DNA of 14,316 nucleotides. Origin: Oligoflexales bacterium. Lineage in GTDB: Bacteria > Bdellovibrionota_B > Oligoflexia > Oligoflexales > Bog-1112. Every line of letters begins with the position of its first letter. The first letter of the stretch is position 1. Positions 1 through 8,522 of this stretch are shown one piece after another. Where the stretch lies: contig JBGCDR010000282.1 in assembly GCA_045105515.1 (NCBI GenBank), forward strand, positions 1-14,316. The letters run 5' to 3'. The notes beneath the pieces were generated by a model. That model made no database searches. It had not been told where the DNA came from and saw only the letters and a program-made list of their open reading frames with translations. Both the position numbers and the translations under genes were made by a program.

Positions 1-1
1 T

Positions 2-73
2 GGAAGAGCAATCACAAAAACGGAGGAAAAGTTTCATGACAACCTAAAAATAATCGGGCAATACTTAATTTAA
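2..73 (+). CDS. Possible 3' end of a gene entering from the left (unknown product, possibly a transposase)
   Basis: Open frame from base 2 reads GRAITKTEEKFHDNLKIIGQYLI then TAA at 71-73. Too short to assign. Confidence 0.35.
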   Translation, partial: GRAITKTEEKFHDNLKIIGQYLI

Positions 74-85
74 AAACCCTTAAAA

Positions 86-1423
86 TTACAACGATAAATC
101 CCGCCAATCAGTTATTGAAATTCCTATACATTCAAGTTGCACGGAGCTGCATTTCAGTTTGTTGTACGGAGTCCCAGTCATACTTTCATCTGCCTGCTCC
201 AGTAGAGAAATAAGCTGGTTTAGTCCAGGATTTTTCAAGTAAGTATCTGAAGCTTCAAAATATTTTTTCCTTTTTCCCTCATCTGGCATACAGTCAACGG
301 ATGGGATCCATTCAGCAAAACTTGCGTTTTCTTCACCACGAAACTTATCTTCTGTCCATCGATTGAAAGGAATACCAACAGGTAAATTCCTCAAATTTAT
401 TCCAAGGATTTCTGCTTCAGCAGCTTCAGCTTGAGCGATATTGTTGATGGGGTCTTTTGCAAATTTGTAATTCGCTTGCAAATACTCACCAAAACTAAGA
501 TCTCTAGCCGGCGCTGGTCTGTCGCTGGCTTTATATGGGTTATCAGCAACTGCTGGTCCTAAAACTCTTCCTCCTGGTTGCAAAGGACGATAATTGTTAC
601 GGTCTTTAGGAGTAATTTGGTAGAAAGAACGCATGGCTTCTACCCAATCAGCGACCTTCATAACAGTTTCTTGACTAACATGAACTTGTCCACGTCTTAA
701 TAAATCGGCGGTTGTGTAGTTAAAAAAGGCAAATTCAACTGGATCAGGGCCATGGCAATTTGCGCAGGATTCGTTTGTTTTGCTTGCATCTAAGGTTCTC
801 CAAGCTGTAAGCCCAAGTCCAGCTTTTTGGTCATATTCTTCTTTACTTATTGGGGTCTTTTGTTTCTCTTCACAGGAAATTTTGAAATTTTCGTTCTTAA
901 TTAGTTTAAAAGACCATTCAAGTTCGATATTTGAAATCGAGGATTCACCAAATGATGGCATTAGCCCTTTGCCTGAACGAGTGATTGAGGTGAAAGTCTG
1001 ATAGTCAAGGTTATTTAGAGCGGGAAAAGGTGCTACTGAATTTACTCCATCGTTATGACAAGAAAAGCAATTTTTGTTGTATGACTCCGGAAAAATTTTA
1101 GGAATCTTTCCTGTCTCAGAATCAGAAGAAACTATACTACACAACAACTCAGAAACTTCTGCAGAATCCTCATTCGCTGGGTTATTCGCGTCTTTATTTT
1201 GTTCTTTATCTTTATTTGCACCATCTGTACCATTACTATTTGTCTTACCATCACCATCATCATTTTTTGTTTGACTTTGTGTCTCACCTCCTTTGGTTTG
1301 TACAATTGTTATATCATCATTGTTCTTGACTGAAGAAGTTTTTTGGCTAGCTTTCCTAGTTTTGGAATCGCATGCGAGAAAAGATAATATTATAAATAGG
1401 TTTAATGATTTTTTAGACATCAT
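86..1423 (-). CDS. Di-heme c-type cytochrome lipoprotein, C-terminus possibly truncated
   Basis: Start reassigned to ATG 1423 (MMSKKSLNLFIILSFLAC, lipobox FLA-C). Low-complexity D/N/K/G linker follows. Two CxxCH motifs: CFSCH, followed by a c6/cbb3-like GKGLMPSF distal Met, and CANCH. Confidence 0.85.
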   Translation of the reverse strand: MMSKKSLNLFIILSFLACDSKTRKASQKTSSVKNNDDITIVQTKGGETQSQTKNDDGDGKTNSNGTDGANKDKEQNKDANNPANEDSAEVSELLCSIVSSDSETGKIPKIFPESYNKNCFSCHNDGVNSVAPFPALNNLDYQTFTSITRSGKGLMPSFGESSISNIELEWSFKLIKNENFKISCEEKQKTPISKEEYDQKAGLGLTAWRTLDASKTNESCANCHGPDPVEFAFFNYTTADLLRRGQVHVSQETVMKVADWVEAMRSFYQITPKDRNNYRPLQPGGRVLGPAVADNPYKASDRPAPARDLSFGEYLQANYKFAKDPINNIAQAEAAEAEILGINLRNLPVGIPFNRWTEDKFRGEENASFAEWIPSVDCMPDEGKRKKYFEASDTYLKNPGLNQLISLLEQADESMTGTPYNKLKCSSVQLECIGISITDWRDLSL

Positions 1424-1760
1424 CGTGTAAACCTTATCTTTAGATAAAAAGTTAATGGTCAAATAACCATTCGCTTTTGAAACCTAGTTTTAGATTCGGG
1501 TAAGCAGATGAAATGCTTAAGAGTCCATTTTTATTCGACTGCTTTATTTGAAAGTTTTAGTATTCACAAATTTGATTTGCAATTACACCAAACCTGTTGA
1601 GGGAGTGTCATTTTTTGGAAATTAGATAAAATTCATTTATATATCTGTATCTTAGATAAAGATGGTTAAATGACTTTAACAGTCCGAATCTTAAGAAATT
1701 GGTTTTTGTTGTGATTGAGCTTATTTTTCAATCAGCGAAATCCAATTGTTGCCAATCATC

Positions 1761-2654
1761 TTAATTTAGCAACGCTTTCAATTGTTCCAATTGTAAATTG
1801 ACATACGAATCAGTGGTTGAATATTTATCTCTGTTTTTTACCACTTCAAACGCTTTGATCGACTTTTTTATTTCTTCTTTACTCATAATTGAGCTTATTT
1901 CACCGGCGAATTTTTTTGATATATTCCTAAATTCTAAAGAGTTGTACAACTCAAAATGTAGCACCTGGCTGAATACTTTTATATAGTCGCAAGCGATCTC
2001 AAGGGAATTTTTAAAGTCCAATTGGTCCTCAGTTATAGGTGTCAATAATTGGACTAAGCTACTATCTAGATCCGATTTTAATTTAGTACTCAATGTGAGG
2101 TTTTTATGAAATATCTCCTTAATTTCCATGCCTAGCGAATCAACTTTTTCTTTCATCTCAGTTTTTAGAGTGGCAATAACTGATTCTTTTAAACTCTCTT
2201 CGAGAATGTGACCTGTTTGATGGGCAAAATATGTGCGAGTCTTGACCCAAAGCTGTGCTCTAGCAGAAGTCCACATTTGCATTGGAATAAAATGCCAAAA
2301 AGCTTGGTTTCCGATAGTATTGACAATCCTCACCTCAATTTTTGCTGACGCAAAATCTCTATTTCTATGCCACAACTGCATTGCAATCAAAAGACTAGCT
2401 AACGCTTCAGATTCTGATCTTTTGGTTTTAAAGTTAAGGGAAGTATTTTTTTTGAATTTTTCATGAAATTTATTAATAGCGTCTTTCTTATCCATTCTAG
2501 TGATAGAATCTTGCTTAATCAATTCAGATAAAATACCTAATTTCTCCTCAATACTGTCGAAAGGATTTGAATCTTCAGATCCATTTGCTAAACTGGTGAT
2601 AAAAATTGATATTAAAAGAATAAATATAGACATAAATTTACTAGTTAAATGCAT
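1761..2654 (-). CDS. Hypothetical secreted, probably alpha-helical protein
   Basis: Long ORF. Likely start ATG 2654 or the next Met; signal peptide MSIFILLISIFITSLANG. No family recognised. Confidence 0.75.
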   Translation of the reverse strand: MHLTSKFMSIFILLISIFITSLANGSEDSNPFDSIEEKLGILSELIKQDSITRMDKKDAINKFHEKFKKNTSLNFKTKRSESEALASLLIAMQLWHRNRDFASAKIEVRIVNTIGNQAFWHFIPMQMWTSARAQLWVKTRTYFAHQTGHILEESLKESVIATLKTEMKEKVDSLGMEIKEIFHKNLTLSTKLKSDLDSSLVQLLTPITEDQLDFKNSLEIACDYIKVFSQVLHFELYNSLEFRNISKKFAGEISSIMSKEEIKKSIKAFEVVKNRDKYSTTDSYVNLQLEQLKALLN

Positions 2655-2773
2655 AATTTTCTCATCAAATAGGTAGAAGGACTTAGCAGTGTATAGCAAA
2701 AATTAAATTTTTTTTAAACTAAAAAATGTAATGATCAATAATTATTGGGATATATCATTTTGAATTCCAAGAA

Positions 2774-2803
2774 ATATAAGAATGTTACGAGTCACATTCC
2801 ACC
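2774..2803. repeat. 30-bp direct repeat, copy 1
   Basis: ATATAAGAATGTTACGAGTCACATTCCACC, 28/30 identical to 3806-3835. Contains the internal inverted repeat GAATGT-N8-ACATTC. Confidence 0.9.
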
Positions 2804-2809
2804 TGGGTA

Positions 2810-2981
2810 CTAGTTACCTTGAAACCTTTTAGCCTCAGCTAAAAGCTCAATCGCAAGCTCCACACTTTCATTGGATCTCTCTGGGTTTCTTGGTGATTCC
2901 TTTGGTCCAAAGTGTAATATTGGAAGGATGCAGGCCTGCAGGTAAAAATACATCTATCAGTTTAAGTTGATTTTGGTCTTG
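2810..2981 (-). pseudogene. XRE/Cro-like helix-turn-helix pseudogene
   Basis: Manual translation gives QDQNQLKLIDVFLPAGLHPSNITLWTKGITKKP. A frameshift at the AG dinucleotide run near 2876-2883 leads into RSNESVELAIELLAEAKRFQGN*. In-frame TAG at 2982-2984 immediately upstream. Confidence 0.55.
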
Positions 2982-3263
2982 CTATCTGCCGGCATAAGCA
3001 CTTTTTTAATCACTAGTAAACTGGACCTCACATTCTTGCTGGGTGTACTGGTCTAGCCTTCGTTCAAGGTTTTTTACTCGGAGTCTTAGATCACGGATCT
3101 CGAAATAAAGCATAATAAATATGAACGTCAATGACCAACCAAATAGCTTTTTTTTCTAGCCCTTCCATCGCTTGCAACTCCTCTATCAATGCTGGATAAA
3201 GAGTTTACAATACTGGGAAATATCGTGAAAGGGGGTGTGTGCCAAACTTGCCAAAGAATTTTA

Positions 3264-3272
3264 TGCTACAAT
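3264..3272 (+). promoter_or_regulatory. Candidate extended -10 promoter for the 3294 ORF
   Basis: TGcTACAAT lies about 10 nt upstream of the AGGAG RBS. No well-spaced -35 element. Confidence 0.35.
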
Positions 3273-3293
3273 CTCTACAAAAAGGAGTGGTCA

Positions 3294-3548
3294 ATGGCTG
3301 AAAAAAATATCTTTGGTAAAGAGCGTAAAGAAGATGACAACGACAAATCAAAAGGTAAAAAAATAGACGACCGGGGTGCTGTTGATGATTGGGAAGCACT
3401 TGCTATGGTAATAAATGACCGCCCTGGTCTTAAAAGTAGAGTCTTACACAAAATTAAATCCATGAGAAACGAAAAAAATCAAGGGAGTAAAAAGCAATCC
3501 CGTCAGGAAATCTTAGAACAAAGAAGAAAAGAGCAAGGTGGGAAATAA
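3294..3548 (+). CDS. Small, highly charged hypothetical protein (84 aa)
   Basis: AAGGAG RBS before ATG 3294. K/R/E/D-rich with a central helix DWEALAMVINDRPGLKSRVLHKIK. No signal peptide. Confidence 0.75.
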   Translation: MAEKNIFGKERKEDDNDKSKGKKIDDRGAVDDWEALAMVINDRPGLKSRVLHKIKSMRNEKNQGSKKQSRQEILEQRRKEQGGK

Positions 3549-3636
3549 ATTTAACAACTTCCCCCTTAATGGGTATTTGTTTAAATTCTTGGGATTTTCT
3601 GGTTATGGTGAGCTATTTTTCTTGTAGAACACAAGC

Positions 3637-3691
3637 TGGCCGATCGCACCAATACTGACCCAAGGTGGGTCAGTATTGGTGCGATCGATCA
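3637..3691. repeat. Long inverted repeat or hairpin, possible fused IS ends (MITE-like)
   Basis: Perfect 22-bp arms at 3641-3662 and 3666-3687 (CGATCGCACCAATACTGACCCA) around an AGG loop. Extends to 24/26 with TG...CA termini. Confidence 0.9.
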
Positions 3692-3805
3692 AGTTTTAAG
3701 TTTTTCTATTCCCTCATTCTATTTCATACTAAAAAACTGGAACATTTATTTTTTCAAAAAATCTCATTATTGATATTTTACATTAATAATTCTGAGTATT
3801 AAAAT

Positions 3806-3835
3806 ATATAAGAATGTTACGAATCGCATTCCACC
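3806..3835. repeat. 30-bp direct repeat, copy 2
   Basis: ATATAAGAATGTTACGAATCGCATTCCACC, 28/30 identical to 2774-2803. Confidence 0.9.
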
Positions 3836-3940
3836 AAGATACACAGGAAGTCTGAGAAAGAACGAAGGAAAAGAAGGTCTCTAATTCGATGATTTAAATA
3901 CAGAGTATTTGATTGAATAGTAAAGTAGATTGAGCGAATT

Positions 3941-4562
3941 CTATTTAAAATTCTTCCATTTTTTCAGGTATTCTTCTTTGTTTGGATGATTGACTTCAAA
4001 TCGACAATCTGAAAATCTTTTCGATCTGCTTCCATTTATTCGTCCAGATGAATTTTTTTCCACTTCAATATAATCTTCAAACCTTTCTTCTGTATTCTCA
4101 ATTATTTTTATTATTAGATGATTATCGAAATTGTCTATTTGATTTTTGAGGTAAACAAGTCCGAAGATGTGACTAACACAACCAATTGATTTCAAAACAT
4201 TGTTCAATGCAGCGGCTAATTTTTCTTTATCATGAAGATGCATAAAAGTTTCTAGGTGATCTAAAGCAAGCTGTATCAACGATTTTCTAATCAAAGGCTG
4301 GTCAGCATAATCAAAATAAATTCACCTTTGTATATCATCCCATAAACCATCTTTATCACCATCGATACCAAGTAGAGTTTCTTTCCCTTTCTCCCCTGGA
4401 TCTGACGGTAATTTAAATTTCTTAGTTAGCCGCATTTCCTCTTTTTGACTCAATACAACGCTAAAGCCCGGACCAAAATTTTCTTCAAGATAACTCTCCC
4501 GAAAACTCACACTAGAGTGTGAAAATTATTGAAATGACTATGTATTTATAGATTAATTTCAT
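3941..4562 (-). pseudogene. Disrupted secreted protein with a LPxDPG...GIDxDxDGxxDD acidic, putatively Ca-binding motif
   Basis: ATG 4562 gives MKLIYKYIVISIIFTL, then a frameshift near 4514. ORFs 4322-4510 and 3941-4294 are in the same frame and join as ...DGLWDDIQR*IYFDYADQPLIRKSL..., with TGA where I recall Trp in related proteins. Confidence 0.8.
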
Positions 4563-4769
4563 AATTTTCCCTTCTTTATGTGCCCACCACTCATTATAAT
4601 GACTAATCTGATGATTCCATAGTAGAATAAAAGGTGCCTATCTTAACGTCTGTCTGGATAGAAAAATTTAGATTGATTACCCACCAAAATGTTCATAGAA
4701 GAATTGCATCTTAAGAAAAAATTAATTATACCTTATTTTTGACTTGGCTACCCATTTAGAGGATTTTGT

Positions 4770-5093
4770 ATGATTAAATTACTACTATTAGGTCTATGTT
4801 TAATCGGATTTCCAGCACATGGTTCGGCTAATGAAAAGGCGAGAGATCAAATTATAGAGTACTGTAGAGGAGACAATGATTGTTTATCACTTGTTACCAA
4901 TCTATTTACTCTTGAAATTAGTATTTCTAGAAATGAAAATATCACATATGATGATTTTGTTTCAAATCCTAATCATAACGAATATTACGTAGCACTTACA
5001 TCTAAAGGCATAAGAGGTTCAAATTTGTGGAAGTTCTACAAAGAAGAATGCAAAGAAAATTTTTATACCTTCCTTGATTATATTTTAAACTAA
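4770..5093 (+). CDS. Small secreted hypothetical protein
   Basis: AGGA RBS; signal peptide MIKLLLLGLCLIGFPAHG; Cys residues in the mature part. Confidence 0.75.
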   Translation: MIKLLLLGLCLIGFPAHGSANEKARDQIIEYCRGDNDCLSLVTNLFTLEISISRNENITYDDFVSNPNHNEYYVALTSKGIRGSNLWKFYKEECKENFYTFLDYILN

Positions 5094-5096
5094 GTC

Positions 5097-5477
5097 TTAC
5101 TCTCGTAATGCTTGACTGACTTTGCTATAGGCTCTATTGCGCAGCAATTCTTTCCAGACACCCTCCGAATTTCGCTTCATAAATCTTACTCTCTCATCTT
5201 TAAAAAAATCAAGGATCTCGTTAACCATCTCAGCTTTATCTCTTCTAGCTGTTAATTTTAAATATTCTTTCTTATGATCATTAATAACCCTTCGAAAAAA
5301 TATATTCCCAGGATGATTATTACTAAGTCCACCTCTACCTGATAGAATATCTTCGTCAGAGTATCCAAGTTCATTTTCTTCCTCAAAAGACTCTGCTTCC
5401 GAACTTGCAGTGTAAGGGGATGCTAATAATTGGGAACACATAAAAAAAGCAAAAAATATACTTAATCCTATCTTCAT
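5097..5477 (-). CDS. Secreted DUF6824-domain protein (domain typical of diatoms)
   Basis: AGGAG RBS before ATG 5477; signal peptide MKIGLSIFFAFFMCSQLLA; acidic linker. Then DILSGRGGLSNNHPGNIFFR...Y...K..MV..I...RFMK...W.EL....A..KVSQALRE, which matches the DUF6824 motif series as I recall it. Confidence 0.9.
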   Translation of the reverse strand: MKIGLSIFFAFFMCSQLLASPYTASSEAESFEEENELGYSDEDILSGRGGLSNNHPGNIFFRRVINDHKKEYLKLTARRDKAEMVNEILDFFKDERVRFMKRNSEGVWKELLRNRAYSKVSQALRE

Positions 5478-5773
5478 AATGACTCCTTGAGGTTGATAAG
5501 AGGGTTTGTAAGTATCAAAGCATACGAATAAATTCAATATTTTTAAATGGTTTAATTGTACAATTCGCAAGCAAGAAAAACTCTTTACTAAAGCTCGATA
5601 AAAAAATTCATTTTTTTAAGGGACTTGTAGTTTCCCAATACCTAGCCATTTAGCCAAACTAATGCTTGAACTAAATATTCATATACGATAACTGGGAATG
5701 GATTCGATATGGCGGCACTTTTGCTGACATCTTTATTCTAATTCAAGTTTATGGTAATGGGGGTTACGAAACA

Positions 5774-6223
5774 TTGAAGTCAAAAATAAGTAAATTTTTT
5801 ATCCTAATTTGCGTCATAGATTTTTTTTCTACAAAGGTCTTAGGAAGTGAAAAGGTGTTAAGCTGTGACCTAGAAAAAGGACAGTTTTATGAAGTAGATC
5901 TGAATGCAGAAGAGACCAATAAATCTCAAAATACAGAAATTTCTGAAAAAGGAATAGGAGAAAGCATAGAAGGTATTGAGCCTGCATGCTGTAAATGTCT
6001 AAATTTTGGTCGATGGGTAAGGTTTCCATTAAATACTATAACTTCTTCTGTGTTAATGTTCGGTGGTATATCTATGCTTCTAGGAGGTTCAATGGTTTAC
6101 GTAAGCTGTGATGATCAAAAGGAGTGTTTTTCTTCCTATGATGATCAAAACGTAGGAATCGGTTTAATAAGTGCTGGTGGTGTATTGCTGACTGCTGGAA
6201 CATGCTTTTTTTGTAGTGACTGA
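5774..6223 (+). CDS. Hypothetical exported or membrane protein
   Basis: TTG start; N-terminal hydrophobic segment; Cys-rich; two Gly-rich hydrophobic segments near the C-terminus. Confidence 0.7.
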   Translation: MKSKISKFFILICVIDFFSTKVLGSEKVLSCDLEKGQFYEVDLNAEETNKSQNTEISEKGIGESIEGIEPACCKCLNFGRWVRFPLNTITSSVLMFGGISMLLGGSMVYVSCDDQKECFSSYDDQNVGIGLISAGGVLLTAGTCFFCSD

Positions 6224-6387
6224 AAAATCAACTGCCTGAAACTGAAAATTACTAAGTGATCTGAAAGCATGATCAAAGATCACTGAATTTATTGTTGTAA
6301 GTTTTTCTTCTACCAACTAAACAACATAGGTTAGTCAATTTGCTATTCTTTATCAAATATTAAAGTTATTCAAATTTGAGGTGTCCG

Positions 6388-6723
6388 TTGATCAATAAAT
6401 TAGCATATTGCTTTCTTATTATCTCAAGCTGCGCACTAGCTGGAAACTCATCATCTAAAAATCGAATTCAAGAGTCGAAAATTCTCGACAGTGGGCAGGA
6501 TATTTTTATTCCAGGTAATAATGGTTCCGATATTACCATTAAATGTCAGCCATCAAAAATTGAGCTTTTACATGACGATAATAGAGTGTGTACTTGTATT
6601 CACAATGGTATAAGCTATACCTTATACTTAGAGATACCTAGAGAAAAAACAAGAATAATAGCTCAAAATTTAAAAAATTCAGATTGCAATAAAATGGCAG
6701 CTTATGATCCTCGTTGCCTCTAA
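6388..6723 (+). CDS. Small secreted Cys-containing hypothetical protein
   Basis: GAGGTG RBS at 6378-6383 favours TTG 6388 (the ORF track starts at 6376). Signal peptide ends ALA; five Cys in the mature region. Confidence 0.7.
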   Translation: MINKLAYCFLIISSCALAGNSSSKNRIQESKILDSGQDIFIPGNNGSDITIKCQPSKIELLHDDNRVCTCIHNGISYTLYLEIPREKTRIIAQNLKNSDCNKMAAYDPRCL

Positions 6724-6726
6724 GAT

Positions 6727-7419
6727 CTACCGACGAAAAGAGGAATGCAACAAATTTTTTGTACAACACTCGTATAAAACCCTAATCCGCATAGATCGAC
6801 TCAAAGAGGCAAGATTATTTGAAGTTAATAGTCTAATAGTGTTTGCTCGGAATTTATCAGCAGGATTAATACTTTCAGAAAAAATAAGTTTATCCATCAA
6901 ACGGATGGTATGAGTATATAATTGGGATGCTTCTTTCAACAACACTGCGTTTCCTCTCAGACCTCCACAATGCTTCAATACAGAAGCATTAAACAAAACA
7001 GCTGCTGAAAAAAATGTCAATTGTGTATGAATATTGCCAGCATTAGTGCTATCACTTGCATATAAAATTAGCAATTTACCTGAAAACTCAGTCACTTCAG
7101 CTTGCGAGGTAGGCAATGATCGGTAGTTGATCATTACATTTGACGCAATCGTCCTGCTTGTCTGAAGATATTCAGTTCTCGTTAAAAGTGCTGATACTCT
7201 TGAGAGTAGGTCGATAAGCGGCTGATTTTCAGTTAGATTTCTTACTTGATGGTTTGTGTAGTATTCACGGATGATACCTTGGTATTCATTCTCTAAAAGC
7301 TCAAACTCGTCGCTTATTGCTGAACTGTCAGCACTATCAATATCTGCATATAAGTTTGCTCCTGAAAAGATAGAAACGTTCATTGAGGCTAGTATCATTA
7401 ACTTTGCTATTTTATACAT
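6727..7419 (-). CDS. Secreted helical TPR-like protein resembling a diatom-expanded family
   Basis: Signal-like N-terminus ending LYA. C-terminal half contains FSAAVLFNASVLKHCGG...LLKEASQLY...LLTSNNLASL...CC..NL. CDS is well supported; the family link is from recall only. Confidence 0.7.
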   Translation of the reverse strand: MYKIAKLMILASMNVSIFSGANLYADIDSADSSAISDEFELLENEYQGIIREYYTNHQVRNLTENQPLIDLLSRVSALLTRTEYLQTSRTIASNVMINYRSLPTSQAEVTEFSGKLLILYASDSTNAGNIHTQLTFFSAAVLFNASVLKHCGGLRGNAVLLKEASQLYTHTIRLMDKLIFSESINPADKFRANTIRLLTSNNLASLSRSMRIRVLYECCTKNLLHSSFRR

Positions 7420-7641
7420 TACTTAAACGCCTTTTATAGTTTATTGAAAAAGAAGATTCTTGTTGTACATAAATTACTCAATAAGACAATGTTTATATTT
7501 AGCGGGCCTCTTCCAGAGCATGAACGACTCCTAAAATAATATCCAAAAACATTAAATAAAATGCTTTTAACAGAATTTTTCCCTCAGTAACAAAGGGGCT
7601 ATAATATTACTTAACAACTATAACTAAATGCGAGGCAATCT

Positions 7642-8316
7642 ATGAATTTTAGACTTAACATTTTACTATTCTTGATGAGTATCAACCTACTTTCTTGTGG
7701 GACACGTTCCTCCCTATTACCCCTAGATTCAAGGAAAGAAATCCGTTTCTATGCTCATGCTACAAGGCAGGTACCAGAACGAATTCGACATGTAAAGGGC
7801 ACTTGGTCAGCTTTAATTTCTCATAGATCCGATGAATTAAACTTAGCAAAAGCTCAGTTTAAGATTGAAACCTTATCTAGTGTAGGCATTGACTTAAAAT
7901 TCGCAGTTGATGGAACTGATTTCGCTCCTCCTGATAATCCAATTGATGGTATCCTTTCTTTCGGGAAATTTTCCTTAGAGAATCTTAGGGACAATAATTT
8001 GAAAATTTGCGGTGATTCAGGCAAGAAAAAATGTCAATTTGCAGCCATCCGTGTCTATACCATCGGTACCCCAGGTGCAGGATACTGGAATACTGAGGAT
8101 AACTATGGCCTACCCATTAGCTCTGGAGATTTTGCGGTCCCACACTTAGCAGAAAATGCTTTATACCTTGAAGAAGTAGATATTAGCCGCATTAGGGTCT
8201 TAAAACTGAGACACTTCAGCGACGCGATTAAAAATATTCCCATTAGCATAGACTTCTCAGATGCTGCAAGTGGTTCATATAGCACAGAACTAGTGATTGA
8301 CTATGTTCTTTACTAA
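7642..8316 (+). CDS. Hypothetical lipoprotein
   Basis: GAGG RBS; lipobox LLS-C; beta-rich mature domain with a Cys pair. TATAAT upstream at 7600-7605. Confidence 0.8.
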   Translation: MNFRLNILLFLMSINLLSCGTRSSLLPLDSRKEIRFYAHATRQVPERIRHVKGTWSALISHRSDELNLAKAQFKIETLSSVGIDLKFAVDGTDFAPPDNPIDGILSFGKFSLENLRDNNLKICGDSGKKKCQFAAIRVYTIGTPGAGYWNTEDNYGLPISSGDFAVPHLAENALYLEEVDISRIRVLKLRHFSDAIKNIPISIDFSDAASGSYSTELVIDYVLY

Positions 8317-8460
8317 AACGACATCCCCAAGCAATCGTGTTATATACCAGGACACTATCACTTGCGGTATTTTTGTACAGACGCTTGATATATGTTGCTG
8401 GTTTTAATATGCAGAGGCTGAGTCTTACTGCGTTCAAACAAATCATTATTCATTCCTTTC

Positions 8461-8490
8461 TTGACAACATGAGATTTTAGACCCTACTCT
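8461..8490 (+). promoter_or_regulatory. Candidate sigma70 promoter for the 8523 gene
   Basis: TTGACA (8461-8466), 18-nt spacer, TACTCT (8485-8490), 32 nt before the ATG. Confidence 0.45.
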
Positions 8491-8522
8491 GCTTAACTTT
8501 TGATTAACTCTTTGGAGCTATT

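Noticed and set aside
2826..2845. 8-bp hairpin CTTTTAGC-ctca-GCTAAAAG
   Set aside because: AT-rich stem inside the HTH pseudogene coding remnant; no independent support as a terminator.
2774..3835. CRISPR array or tRNA gene
   Set aside because: Only two repeat copies about 1 kb apart, no cas genes, and no cloverleaf can be folded.
4322..4324. UGA recoded as Trp (alternative genetic code)
   Set aside because: TGA is a normal stop in the HA gene, the CheY-like gene and tnpB, TGG is used for Trp throughout, and the same gene also has a frameshift.
6255..6284. Inverted repeat AGTGATCT-N14-AGATCACT between co-oriented genes
   Set aside because: Could be an operator or weak terminator, but it is short, single-copy and lacks a U-tract.
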